From an uncultured Methanosarcinales archaeon (lineage in GTDB: Archaea; Halobacteriota; Methanosarcinia; Methanotrichales; Methanotrichaceae): a stretch of DNA of 64,000 nt. The notes under the pieces are model-generated. The model saw only the letters and a program-made list of their open reading frames with translations. It did no database searches and was not told the origin of the DNA. Numbering within the stretch: position 1 is the stretch's first letter; each line of letters begins with the position of its first letter. Shown in pieces: positions 39,707-49,482 of this stretch. The stretch is from contig CAWJKV010000003.1 of NCBI GenBank assembly GCA_963843555.1, forward strand, positions 1-64,000. Direction: 5' to 3'. A program made the position numbers and the translations under genes.

Positions 39707-39856
39707 TTATGCGGTCTTATTTTCCTTGGACTTCATCCTCAGGCCATGATAGCTGCACTTACGGCAGCGGGTCGCTTTTACAGGATTACGTGCATTGCAG
39801 CGCATGCATATCTTGAGGTTCAAGATTCTATTTTCTGCTTCAGGAAATCTAGCCAT
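39707..39856 (-). CDS. rpl40e: 50S ribosomal protein L40e
   Basis: [34 protein letters not shown]; true start 39856. Confidence 0.95.
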   Translation of the reverse strand: MARFPEAENRILNLKICMRCNARNPVKATRCRKCSYHGLRMKSKENKTA

Positions 39857-39912
39857 AACAATCAGCTCTTCGTCGCAACCTAATCTGATATGAAACTTTC
39901 CGTAATAAATAG

Positions 39913-40063
39913 CGCCGGGGTTGGGATTTTCCTGACAGGTCTCTTGCGCCCTGCCATTTTGAACCCAAGTGTCCCTGGAAGGGACAACAGGTCTCGAGCC
40001 TGCCGCGTATGAACTCCCGTCGGCTTTCAGACCGGCGGAATTTGTCCGCTCTGCCACCCCGGC
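39913..40063 (-). tRNA. tRNA-Ser(CGA) with two non-canonical introns (D-loop region ~40041-40009; T-loop 59/60, 39957-39927)
   Basis: Acceptor GCCGGGG/CCCCGGC + G73; anticodon arm GCAGG-CTCGAGA-CCTGT; long variable arm; T arm TTGGG/CCCAA; removing 33+31 nt gives an 87-nt tRNA. Confidence 0.92.
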
Positions 40064-40144
40064 CCGAGTGATTCTCGGTGAGCCCATGCTTTATATCTGT
40101 TGCTCTTCCAAAAGTCCCCTTCAGACCGCAAATTGGGTGAATTA

Positions 40145-41381
40145 ATGTCTCTAAGAAGTGATGCATTAGCGTTTCATAAAGCTGCCAAAGGCAAAATTGC
40201 CGTGCACAGCAAGGTACCTTGCTGCACAAAGCTTGACCTGAGTCTGGCTTACACTCCAGGCGTGGCCGAACCCTGTCGCGAGATCGAGAAGAATCCTGAT
40301 GACGTTTACGAGTACACCGCCAAGGGCAATATCGTGGCTGTGGTGACGGACGGGACAGCCGTGCTGGGTTTGGGCGACATCGGGCCCCTGGCCTCCATCC
40401 CGGTTATGGAGGGAAAGGCCATTTTGTTCAAGAATTTTGCAGGCATCGACGCCTTTCCCATAGCTGTCGCCTCCAAGGATCCCTCGATCATAGTGAACAC
40501 TGTCTCCATGATCGAGCCTGTCTTTGGCGGGATCAACCTGGAGGATATCAGCGCACCTCGCTGCTTTCGAGGTAGAGGAGCGGCTGAAGAAGATCCTGAA
40601 GATACCAGTCTTTCACGATGATCAGCACGGCACAGCCGTAGTCGCCCTGGCGGCATTGATCAACGCCCTCAAGGTGGTGGGCAAGGACTTCGGCGACGTG
40701 CGCGTAGCCGTGAGCGGCGCGGGCGCGGCGGGCATTGCCGTCACCAAATTCCTCCTGAGCTTCGGAGCGAAGGACGTCATCCTCTGCGACAGCCGTGGCG
40801 TGATTCACGGGGATAGGTCCGATCTCAACCCGTCCAAGCAGGAGATAGCCAGAGTCACCAATCCCCGCAATGTTAAGGGCACCCTGGCTGACGCCCTAGT
40901 CGGAGCGGACGTCTTCCTGGGGCTGTCCGTGGCAGGCATTGTGACTCCTGCAATGGTGAAGAGCATGGCCCATGACGCTATTGTCTTCGCCATGGCCAAT
41001 CCCGTGCCCGAGATCATGCCCGATCTGGCACTGGAAGCAGGCGCCCGGGTAGTGGCCACAGGACGATCGGACTTCCCCAATCAGGTCAACAATGTGCTGG
41101 GCTTCCCGGGCATATTCCGGGGAGCTCTGGATGTCCGGGCCAGCGATATCAACGAGCCCATGAAGATCGCAGCCTCGCGGGCCATAGCCGGCCTGGTGGA
41201 GAATGTCTCTCCGGAGTGCATCATCCCTTCGCCACTGGACCGGAGAGTTGTTCCTGCCGTGGCCGAGGCGGTCGCGCGCGCGGCCATAGAGACGGGCGTC
41301 GCCCGCGTGCCGGTTGACCCCGTCGAGGTAAGACGCAGGGCGGAGGCGCTGGTGAGGGATCTGCAAAAGAGCGTTTGCTGA
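40145..41381 (+). CDS. NAD(P)-dependent malic enzyme (frameshift near 40568)
   Basis: [65 protein letters not shown]. Confidence 0.92.
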
Positions 41382-41512
41382 TCTTTTCCGGGCGGCTGGT
41401 GTTGCTGTTATCAGGTAGAGAAGGGCAGCCTCTGGCCGTCTTCACCAGATATCTCGCGAACAATCAAAGTATTAAGCTTCAGGCGTTGATAAGAGAATTA
41501 GGTGTTCTTTTC

Positions 41513-41632
41513 ATGAATAAGCAGCCAAAGAAGAGGAAAGACAGCCCGGAAGAGATAAGAAGACGGCTGGAGAACAGTCTCCCCTGGAGCCTGTCTCGCT
41601 GGTTTGCCCGGCGGATGGGGCGAAAGAAGTAG
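41513..41632 (+). CDS. Possible small basic protein (39 aa, MNKQPKKRK...RRMGRKK)
   Basis: AGGTG RBS-like motif upstream; fills the intergenic gap. Confidence 0.4.
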   Translation: MNKQPKKRKDSPEEIRRRLENSLPWSLSRWFARRMGRKK

Positions 41633-41687
41633 CTTCGATTTCGAAAGGGGAAAGATCTATCTACTTACAATCCTTACAACATTTATC

Positions 41688-41873
41688 ATGCTTGCTACTA
41701 AACGCATTCCTGTGACTGAGGCTGTATGGGTTGAGCTATCAGACCTCAAGATGGCAGGACAGACCTATTCCCAGCTCCTGGAAGAGATGATCGAAGATCG
41801 GAAAAAAGCCCGATTTTTCCGCGATATGGAGCGGATTGAGGAAGAAGGCGAGTTTGTGGAGTTTCCGTGGTAG
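41688..41873 (+). CDS. Putative antitoxin (RHH-like)
   Basis: TKRIPVTEAVWVELSDLK..GQTYSQLL, acidic C-terminus; overlaps the toxin start. Confidence 0.75.
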   Translation: MLATKRIPVTEAVWVELSDLKMAGQTYSQLLEEMIEDRKKARFFRDMERIEEEGEFVEFPW

Positions 41874-42157
41874 CCTACCAGCTGGTCATCAAGAAGAAGG
41901 CTTTGGAGTTCGTCAACTCATTACCCCCGAAGAGCCAGAAGGTAGTGATCGAAAAATGCAAGACACTTACAGATGATCCATTTCCTGGCCAGGGTGACAA
42001 AGAGATAATTCGGCGAAAGGGTCATGAGAACATCTATCGTTTGCATATTTCTAGATCTTACACAGCTTTTTACAAGGTACATAAAGGCGAGAAGAGGGTT
42101 TTGATCCTGGATATCACAACCATTGAGCAAGCGCATAAGATCTACGGTCGATTCTAA
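41867..42157 (+). CDS. RelE/ParE family toxin
   Basis: YQLVIKKKALEFVNSL...LTDDPFPG...YRLHISRSYTAFY. Confidence 0.82.
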   Translation: MVAYQLVIKKKALEFVNSLPPKSQKVVIEKCKTLTDDPFPGQGDKEIIRRKGHENIYRLHISRSYTAFYKVHKGEKRVLILDITTIEQAHKIYGRF

Positions 42158-42279
42158 ATCAGGCAGGAGGTCATTTTCGCCCGCCGTTTCAGTCAGCTAG
42201 ATGATGGCTCCCACGGAAGTAATTTAGGCACCGAATTTTGAGAATGAGAAACCTGCGCCCCTCCAGACGCAGGTTTGCA

Positions 42280-43287
42280 TCAATCACTCAAATTGGCCGA
42301 TGATGGGGCGCCTTCCTCCACCAGATACCCAGCAACGGCTTGAGTCACATCCGCGGTCCCAGAGCTCCCGCCCAGGTCCGGTGTCTTCACACCCTGCGCC
42401 AGCGCCCGCTGCACAGCCTGCTCTATTCGGCGCCCTATCTCCGGCTCGCCCAGCCACTCCATCATCATGGCCGCGCTGCGCATGGCTCCTATGGGATTGG
42501 CGATCCCCTTTCCTGCGATATCCGGCGCGCTGCCGTGTATCGGCTCGAATAGAGCGCGCGTTGTGCCGATATTGGCGCTGGCGCACAGGCCCAGGCTTCC
42601 CACCACTCCGGCTGCCTCATCACTCAGGATGTCTCCAAATAGATTGGTGGTGACCAGCACATCGAACCTCTGCGGGTTGACCACCAGATTATAGGCCGCG
42701 GCATCCACGAGCATATCGTCGTAGGGAACGCCGCGCCGCCGCGCCACCTCCCGGCAGGTCTGGAGGAAGAGGCGATCGCTTCTCAGGACATTGGACTTAT
42801 GGATGATGGTCAGACTCTGCCGTTTTGCAGCCAGGTCACACGCCACTTCTGCGATCCTCTCCGAGCCGCGGCGCGTTACCACCCTCAAAGTGCGCGACTC
42901 CTCCACCCCCACCTCTTCCAGACCGGAGTAAAGCCCCTCCGTGTTCTCCCGCACAATGATGAAATCCAGTTCGCGGGATTGGAAGGGCCGGATGTTAGCA
43001 TAGAGGTCCAGATCCTTTCGAAGCCTCAGGAGGACGCTCTTGTAGTCCGGATCGGGCGGAGTGGTGATGGCCCCCAGGAGAACGCAGTCGCACTCCTTGA
43101 TGGTCTCCAGGTCCTCGTCCGCCATGGCCTGGCCAGTTCTCTCCCAGCGGCACAGGCCTACCTCCAGAGGCACGAGCTCGAGCTCTGCGCCTGCCGCTTT
43201 CAGCACGGCGAGGGCGCTCTCCATGACCTCTGGCCCGATGCCGTCGCCGGCGATTACAGCTACTTTCTTAGTCCCTTGACCAGACAT
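42280..43287 (-). CDS. Isocitrate/isopropylmalate/homoisocitrate dehydrogenase family (LeuB/AksF)
   Basis: IAGDGIGPEV, VRENTEGLY, HKSNVL, NLFGDILSD, FEPIHGSAPDIAGK. Confidence 0.92.
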   Translation of the reverse strand: MSGQGTKKVAVIAGDGIGPEVMESALAVLKAAGAELELVPLEVGLCRWERTGQAMADEDLETIKECDCVLLGAITTPPDPDYKSVLLRLRKDLDLYANIRPFQSRELDFIIVRENTEGLYSGLEEVGVEESRTLRVVTRRGSERIAEVACDLAAKRQSLTIIHKSNVLRSDRLFLQTCREVARRRGVPYDDMLVDAAAYNLVVNPQRFDVLVTTNLFGDILSDEAAGVVGSLGLCASANIGTTRALFEPIHGSAPDIAGKGIANPIGAMRSAAMMMEWLGEPEIGRRIEQAVQRALAQGVKTPDLGGSSGTADVTQAVAGYLVEEGAPSSANLSD

Positions 43288-44087
43288 CTTACCGCCTCTG
43301 CTATCTCCCAGGGCCCGTCCCCCCAATGCACGACCATGCCAGGCTGGCCGCACTTCTCTGTCATGCCCCGCCGCTCGGAACGGCAACAGCGGGTGATGAA
43401 GGGCCTGTGGGGTTCAAAGACAGGATCCTCGCAATGCAGAGGACAAATATTCACAAATTCGTATTTATGCCCAGGATTATTGGCCAGAAAGATCTCGCGC
43501 GAGACCTCGCAGCCCACTATGCGGGGAAGGTCGCACGTTACCGGGTCCGAGTCCAGGGAACGCCCCAGGCCCGAGGCCCTGCAGGGGTAGTAGACATTTT
43601 CGCAATCGAACTTACGCAGATCCAGGATACTCGGCTTGAATTGAACCGCCAGGTCGCCCAGGATTCCGCATTCCTCCAGACCCCCGAGAACGTGAACCAG
43701 CCAGGGCGGGTCAGGCGGCGAGACATCCAGAACCTCGATGATTAGAATCTGGCCCGGGTCAGGATCTTTGACGAAGGTGATATGCTCATCCGGCCCCTGG
43801 AAGACTACCGTATTCGCTTTTCCTTTCTTGCAGATGCCATCCGCCAGATCGATCAGATGGGCCCGGTTGCGGGTGTCAACTCTCTCTGGATAAAACTCAA
43901 TCTCTGCACCGGAGGCGATCAACTCCAGCTTATCCACCTCATGCATGAAACCTGAGCCACGGCTCTGCACCCGATAGAGCCTCGGCCCATCCCGGCTGAT
44001 GAGAAACTCGGTGGCAAAGTAGACCGGCTCGCCCCGGCACTCCCGGTCCTTTATGCCCACGAACTTGTACTCTTCTGGAAAGATCAT
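43260..44087 (-). CDS. Conserved Cys-rich hypothetical protein between hacB/leuD and leuB/aksF
   Basis: Start at MIFPEEYKFVG; PCRASGL, VGCEVS, NICP, RCCR, VVHWG. Confidence 0.7.
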   Translation of the reverse strand: MIFPEEYKFVGIKDRECRGEPVYFATEFLISRDGPRLYRVQSRGSGFMHEVDKLELIASGAEIEFYPERVDTRNRAHLIDLADGICKKGKANTVVFQGPDEHITFVKDPDPGQILIIEVLDVSPPDPPWLVHVLGGLEECGILGDLAVQFKPSILDLRKFDCENVYYPCRASGLGRSLDSDPVTCDLPRIVGCEVSREIFLANNPGHKYEFVNICPLHCEDPVFEPHRPFITRCCRSERRGMTEKCGQPGMVVHWGDGPWEIAEAVRCLVKGLRK

Positions 44088-44097
44088 GCCCATGCCA

Positions 44098-44577
44098 TCA
44101 TGCCAATCCTTTCTGCCGCCGCCGGTGCGCCACCAGGCCACCATCCTCCAGTATCTCCATGAGGAAATCAGGCAGCCTTGTTCCCTGATAGACTTTATCC
44201 GCAACGCGCACAGTCCCTGCCTTCAGGTCCACCTCTACAGTATCGCCTGCCTGGCATGTGACATCCGCCTCTATCAGAGGAAGCCCAACGTTTATTGCAT
44301 TTCTGTAGAAGATGCGGGCAAAAGACCGGGCCACCACCACAGCCACGCCTGCCTCCTTCAGTGCCCGGGGCGCCTGCTCGCGGGAGGATCCGCTGCCGAA
44401 GTTGCGGCCGGCCACAATTATGTCGCCCTTCTGGACTTGCAATGCAAATTGCGGATCCAGGCCCTCCATGGCATGCTGGGCCCAAACCCGGGTGTCTTTG
44501 GTCCGCAGGTACTTGCCGGGGATGATCACATCTGTGTCCACGTCGTCGCCATAGATCCAAGCCTTGCCCCTGATCAT
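44098..44577 (-). CDS. 3-isopropylmalate dehydratase/homoaconitase small subunit (LeuD/AksE)
   Basis: [43 protein letters not shown]. Confidence 0.92.
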   Translation of the reverse strand: MIRGKAWIYGDDVDTDVIIPGKYLRTKDTRVWAQHAMEGLDPQFALQVQKGDIIVAGRNFGSGSSREQAPRALKEAGVAVVVARSFARIFYRNAINVGLPLIEADVTCQAGDTVEVDLKAGTVRVADKVYQGTRLPDFLMEILEDGGLVAHRRRQKGLA

Positions 44578-44846
44578 AATATAGAACACATCCCGCAATG
44601 GCATTAACGATTCGCAAGCATAATACTTTTGGCATTCGTCGAGCCATTACTTTCGCCCCGCCCTCTCATCCTTTTTCTCCTCATTCATCTCATTATAATC
44701 ATCGTCTTTATGGAAGGGCATTTATGGGGCGATTTTATTGCAGACCAATTGTATCTTATACATACTTTTATAAGTTCATAAAATGATCTATGGTTATCTA
44801 TTTCTCTAGAAAAGTATTTAATCTTACACGTACTTGATAGCAGTTG

Positions 44847-45050
44847 ATGGCAGGAGTTCTGGCAGAGTTATGGAGGCCGCGGCATACGAGGCCGAAATTT
44901 GAGCCGCAAATGTTCCCCAGCTACAGGCTCGATCGGAAGGCTCTCGAGCTGGAGACCGCTAAGGAGATCCTGCGAGAGGTCTTTGGCACCACTTCCGCCG
45001 AGGTGGAGGAGATGATCCGGCTTCGTCTGGAAGAGCACGATGCCCTCTGA
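44847..45050 (+). CDS. Small hypothetical protein
   Basis: 67-aa ORF downstream of an AT-rich promoter-like region. Confidence 0.5.
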   Translation: MAGVLAELWRPRHTRPKFEPQMFPSYRLDRKALELETAKEILREVFGTTSAEVEEMIRLRLEEHDAL

Positions 45051-45141
45051 AAAGCCTCTCCGAATATTTTTGCGGATCTCATTTTTGGGCGTTTCGCCTC
45101 TCCAGGCAAATCTGAAATATCAGCAATCCCCATAGACTATC

Positions 45142-45753
45142 ATGATACTCGGCATATCCGGCAGCCCTCGCAAGATGGCCACGGAACATATCCTGGGTGA
45201 GGCCCTCAAGATGCTGGCGGAGAAAGGCTTCCAGACGGAGCTGTTCACCGTGCGGGGCAAGAGCATCAGCCCCTGCAAACACTGCGACTACTGCCTCAAG
45301 AACAAGGAATGCATCGTCAAGGACGACATGTATCAGCTCTACCCGCTCATCCGGGAGGCAGAGGGTTTTATCTTCGCCACGCCCGTCTACAACGGCGGAA
45401 TGAGCGCCCAGACGAAGATAGTAATAGACAGGACGCGAGCCACCCTGGCTGCAGAGCCCAAAGCGCTCAGGCGCAAGCCCGGCATGGCGATCGCAGTGGG
45501 AGGCGACCGCATGGGCGGCCAGGAGCTGGCAGTGCAGCAGATCCACACTTTTTACATTCTCAACGGCATGATACCTGTGAGCGGGGGATTTTTCGGTGCC
45601 AACCTGGGTGCAACCTTCTGGTCTCGCGATACACTGGAGGAAGCAAAAAAAGATGAAGAAGGCTTTCGGTCCCTCAGAAAGACCACCCGCCGGTTTGCCG
45701 AGGCCCTGGATTGGCTGAAGCTGGCAGAGGTGCAAGGAAAATGGGAAAAATAA
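45142..45753 (+). CDS. Iron-sulfur flavoprotein (Isf, flavodoxin-like)
   Basis: GISGSPRK, CKHCDYC....C, ATPVYNG, GGQE. Confidence 0.9.
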   Translation: MILGISGSPRKMATEHILGEALKMLAEKGFQTELFTVRGKSISPCKHCDYCLKNKECIVKDDMYQLYPLIREAEGFIFATPVYNGGMSAQTKIVIDRTRATLAAEPKALRRKPGMAIAVGGDRMGGQELAVQQIHTFYILNGMIPVSGGFFGANLGATFWSRDTLEEAKKDEEGFRSLRKTTRRFAEALDWLKLAEVQGKWEK

Positions 45754-45810
45754 GGATGATAATGCGAAAATAAATATCCTGAAAGGTCCAATCGGATAAG
45801 GGTTGAAACT

Positions 45811-46395
45811 ATGGCAACGGATGGGGCAAAAGAAGGATCCAGGAAGAAGATCGCCTGGGGAATCACTGGCAGTGGCGACCGCATTGTGGAGACGGTCGAG
45901 GCCATGATCGAGCTGCAAAAGCAGTATATTGAAGTTGTGGACGTTCGTGTCTTCGTATCCAAGGCAGGCGAGCAGGTCATAAAATACTACAAGCTCTTCA
46001 ACACCCTGGAAAAGAACTTCGACAAGGTCTGGGTGGAGATCAACTCCAACTCACCCTTCCTGGCCGGCCAGCTGCAGGTCAAGCGCTACGAGTTCCTGCT
46101 CCTCGCCCCCACGACCTCCAACACAGTAACCAAGATCGCCCTGGGCCTGGCAGACTCTCTGCTCTCCAATGCCGCCATCATGTCCCAGAAGGCGTTCGTG
46201 CCCACGTACATCATGCCCTGTGACTATAAGCCTGGAATCATATCTACCATTCTCCCTGACGGCAGCGAGATGAAGCTGCGCATCAGAAAAGAGGATGCAG
46301 AAAATGTAGAGAAGCTGCGCCGGATGGATGACGTCCATGTCATCGAGACGCCCGGCGATATTGCAGGTGTCTTCGAGAAATACTTCGCTCGATGA
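45811..46395 (+). CDS. afpA: Archaeoflavoprotein AfpA family
   Basis: IAWGITGSG, NSPFLAG, APTTSNTVTKIALGLADSL, RIRKED. Confidence 0.82.
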   Translation: MATDGAKEGSRKKIAWGITGSGDRIVETVEAMIELQKQYIEVVDVRVFVSKAGEQVIKYYKLFNTLEKNFDKVWVEINSNSPFLAGQLQVKRYEFLLLAPTTSNTVTKIALGLADSLLSNAAIMSQKAFVPTYIMPCDYKPGIISTILPDGSEMKLRIRKEDAENVEKLRRMDDVHVIETPGDIAGVFEKYFAR

Positions 46396-46566
46396 GGATA
46401 GGCAAAAGGTGGGCGATGTTATGCCTTCGAACTTTTGGTAGCAGTAGCAAATGGTCTGTAATGTCAAATAATTCCTTTTTCGTCGGCCTCAGGGGGTGGT
46501 CGTGATTCCAGAATAGCTTTGAATTTTTGAATAGCTTTATATTATCTGATTGTAATAGGAAAGGTA

Positions 46567-47289
46567 ATGAAGAAATTGACCTTTGCTCCACTATCTATTC
46601 TCGTTTTAATTATTCTATTCTCCAGCGCCAGCTCTTCCGAGGAGAAGGGCGCTGTTGCTTGGTTCCCAAAAATAAATACGACTATCCTTTCTACCTCTCA
46701 GAACGTTGATTTTATTCCCAATTTGACGGCCTACCAGCAAACGACCGACTATACCTGTGGTCCGGCAGCATTGCTTTCTCTGGCCAAATTCTACGGGTTG
46801 CCTGATATCGAGGAAGATGCCAAGACAGAAATGCGAATCGCTCAAGAATTAGGCACAAGGGATTTGAATTCATCCCAGCCGGGGACTAAACCGCAAGAGA
46901 TGGCTAACTGGCTTGAGAAAAATGGCTTTGATGTGCAACTTGAGTTTGAGGACAAAGGCGATGGTACTGCATTGCAGCGGCTGCGCGACAACATTCGGGA
47001 TGGCATTCCAACTTTGGTAGAATGGATAGATCTCAGCGGACACTGGGTCATAGCTGTTGGTTATGACTATCGCAATGAAAGCGATCCGTGGGATGATGTC
47101 TTGATTCTGGCAGATCCTTATGATAAGTATGATGATTACGGCGACGGCTATTCCTATGTGAATGCAGATCGTTTTTACTGGATGTGGTTTGACGCACTGT
47201 ATTTCGATGATATCACCTGGCGAACCATGATCACTGCCACCCCGAGAGAGCCTCTCGGGCAAAAGTCGAACCATACAATGGCACAATGA
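46567..47289 (+). CDS. Secreted C39-like papain-fold cysteine peptidase
   Basis: Signal peptide; QQTTDYTCGPAAL; GHWVIAVGYD; LADP. Confidence 0.82.
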   Translation: MKKLTFAPLSILVLIILFSSASSSEEKGAVAWFPKINTTILSTSQNVDFIPNLTAYQQTTDYTCGPAALLSLAKFYGLPDIEEDAKTEMRIAQELGTRDLNSSQPGTKPQEMANWLEKNGFDVQLEFEDKGDGTALQRLRDNIRDGIPTLVEWIDLSGHWVIAVGYDYRNESDPWDDVLILADPYDKYDDYGDGYSYVNADRFYWMWFDALYFDDITWRTMITATPREPLGQKSNHTMAQ

Positions 47290-47497
47290 CAACAATGCCT
47301 GCACAAGCAGAAGGAGGATATTCGTAACTTTTTTCATTACGGCCATTTGGCCTAAGGGCCCCATTCGCACTTTTGCTCAGCCTCCTGGCAGCATCTCTTC
47401 CTCTCCAACTCCAACGCCCATCTTTTCATCCAGGAAAAGCGTTATAAACTTTCCATCCGACCGCAGAGGAGATAATCGCGCAGGGAGGCTCCATCTG

Positions 47498-47800
47498 ATG
47501 ATCAAGCACATAGTGATGTTCAAGTTCAAGAAATTCGCCGAGAGCAATAATAAGTTGGGCAATACTCAGATGCTAAAGCAATATCTGGAGGCCCTTCCTG
47601 CCAAGATCAATGAGATCAAATTCTTCCAGGTGGGCGTCAACTTCAGTGACGCTACAGTCGCTTACGATCTGGTCCTCGTTTCCGAGTTTTTCAGCAAAGA
47701 GTCCCTCTATAGCTATCAGCAGCATCCAGAGCACCTCAAGGTGGCGGACTTCGTGGGCAAGGTGTGCGAGAGCAGGATAATTGTGGACTATGTGGTCTAG
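47498..47800 (+). CDS. Dabb (stress-responsive A/B barrel) family protein
   Basis: MIKHIVMFKFK, YDLVLVSEF, YQQHPEH. Confidence 0.88.
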   Translation: MIKHIVMFKFKKFAESNNKLGNTQMLKQYLEALPAKINEIKFFQVGVNFSDATVAYDLVLVSEFFSKESLYSYQQHPEHLKVADFVGKVCESRIIVDYVV

Positions 47801-47808
47801 GGATTGCG

Positions 47809-48048
47809 ATGAAGATAGGAGTATGCGGCATCGCCTGCGAGGTCTGCCCAAGAATGGTGCGGGGTATGTGCCCCAACGGCGAAGCGGGCTGCCTTCCACG
47901 GGAGAACAGGATGTGCCAGATAGCCACCTGCGCCTTTCGAAAGGGGGTAGAATTATGTTTCCAGTGCCCGGAGTTTCCCTGCGAGACGACAAAGCAGGGA
48001 CCGATAAGCTATGGCTACTGTCAGTTCATCTCCGGCCGGGATTCTTAA
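47809..48048 (+). CDS. DUF3795-like Cys-rich protein
   Basis: GVCGIACEVCP...CQIATCAFRKGVELCFQCPEFPC. Confidence 0.78.
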   Translation: MKIGVCGIACEVCPRMVRGMCPNGEAGCLPRENRMCQIATCAFRKGVELCFQCPEFPCETTKQGPISYGYCQFISGRDS

Positions 48049-48087
48049 GGCAAATAATCTATCTATTCTGATAATAATATTTGGATC

Positions 48088-49032
48088 ATGCAGCTAATTA
48101 TCGAGCCTCTGCCGCCCTTTGACTTCGATCTGTCAGCGCAAATCTTCGTGAATGGGGACGGGCGCGTACAAAAGTACGAAGGTAGTGTCTTCTGGCAGAC
48201 AGTTCGGCTGGGAGGGATTCCGGCATTGATCAGAGTTTCATCTCAAGGGACAGTCGACCATCCCCAAATCCTGGTGCAGGTCGAGCCACAGGACGCCTTT
48301 TCCGATGATGATAAAGAGGATATTGAAGCCCTGGTGGTCAGACTCTTCAATCTGAAACTGGATCTATTGTCCTTTTACGAAGCGGTTAAGGATGATCGCA
48401 TAATGCGGCCAATAACTAAACGCCTGTGGGGCCTGCACAGCCCCAGCACGGCCACAGCTTTTGAAGCTCTGATCGACTCCATTATCGAGCAGCAGATCTC
48501 ACTCAAAGCCGCCTGGAGTATGCAGCGGCGGCTGATTGAGACCTTTGGGGAAGCCCTGAACCTGCGGGGCCGCACCTATTTCGCTTTTCCAGAGGCGGAG
48601 AAGCTGGCCGCGGCCACCATTGAAGAGCTGCGCAATTGCGGCCTGAGCGGCAGGAAGGCAGAGTATGTGCAGGGAGTCGCCAGGTTTGTGGCGGGAGGGC
48701 TGGACCTGGAGAATTTCCGGGCCTGGGACGAAAAAAGGATTATCGAAGAACTCAGCCTGATAAGAGGGGTGGGCGTCTGGACGGCGGAGATGACCATGAT
48801 CCGGGGGATGCAGAAGTTTGATGCTTTCCCTGCCGACGACATTGGCCTGAGAAGGCTCATCGCCCGCTATTACTATGGAGGCGAGAAGATCACGGGAGAA
48901 GAGGCGCGGTGCACTGCCGCCGCCTGGTCGGGCTGGCGGGGTCTGGCCAGCTTCTACCTGGTCATGGCCGAAATGCTGCAGATCGAGCCTGAGCTGGACG
49001 AATTATTGGATAAAGATCCGGAGACGGCTTGA
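48088..49032 (+). CDS. alkA: DNA-3-methyladenine glycosylase II (AlkA family)
   Basis: IIEQQIS, GLSGRKAEY, HhH LSLIRGVGVWTAE, FPADDIGL. Confidence 0.88.
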   Translation: MQLIIEPLPPFDFDLSAQIFVNGDGRVQKYEGSVFWQTVRLGGIPALIRVSSQGTVDHPQILVQVEPQDAFSDDDKEDIEALVVRLFNLKLDLLSFYEAVKDDRIMRPITKRLWGLHSPSTATAFEALIDSIIEQQISLKAAWSMQRRLIETFGEALNLRGRTYFAFPEAEKLAAATIEELRNCGLSGRKAEYVQGVARFVAGGLDLENFRAWDEKRIIEELSLIRGVGVWTAEMTMIRGMQKFDAFPADDIGLRRLIARYYYGGEKITGEEARCTAAAWSGWRGLASFYLVMAEMLQIEPELDELLDKDPETA

Positions 49033-49478
49033 TGCCCCGCAGATACTCTGACCGCAAAGCAACTCCCTGGAGAGAGCAATGCATCCCGTGGCCGGACAAC
49101 AAGAGATGCATCAGATGTGGTGGCGACATCCCGGAAGAGATGCAATTCAACCTCGGAACTGAGCATAGATACTGCTCCCCAGAATGCATCCGATTGTCTG
49201 TCAATGCCATTCATGATTGGACCAGATTGAGGGCCTGGATCCTCAAGCGGGATGGATTTGCCTGCCAGAGGTGCGGGGCCAAGGAGATCCGGAGGAAGAT
49301 ACCCTGGCGAAAGGACAAAGTCTTCCCTTTGGAGGTTCACCACATCAAGCCGATCATGGATGGCGGTCCGAAATTCGAATCTGCCAACTGCATAACCTTA
49401 TGCCATGACTGCCACTGTGCCGAGCACTTTCAGATTGCTCCTATCCGGAGAATGCATCGCACCCTGGACAGCTTTTAA
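49032..49478 (+). CDS. HNH endonuclease with N-terminal Zn finger
   Basis: CIRC...YCSPEC; ILKRDGFACQRCG; EVHHIKP..GG...N..TLCHDCH. Confidence 0.88.
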   Translation: MPRRYSDRKATPWREQCIPWPDNKRCIRCGGDIPEEMQFNLGTEHRYCSPECIRLSVNAIHDWTRLRAWILKRDGFACQRCGAKEIRRKIPWRKDKVFPLEVHHIKPIMDGGPKFESANCITLCHDCHCAEHFQIAPIRRMHRTLDSF

Positions 49479-49482
49479 AATC

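Noticed and set aside
39707..40087. 126-aa N-terminally extended L40e
   Set aside because: The extension reads through the tRNA-Ser gene; the real protein starts at 39856
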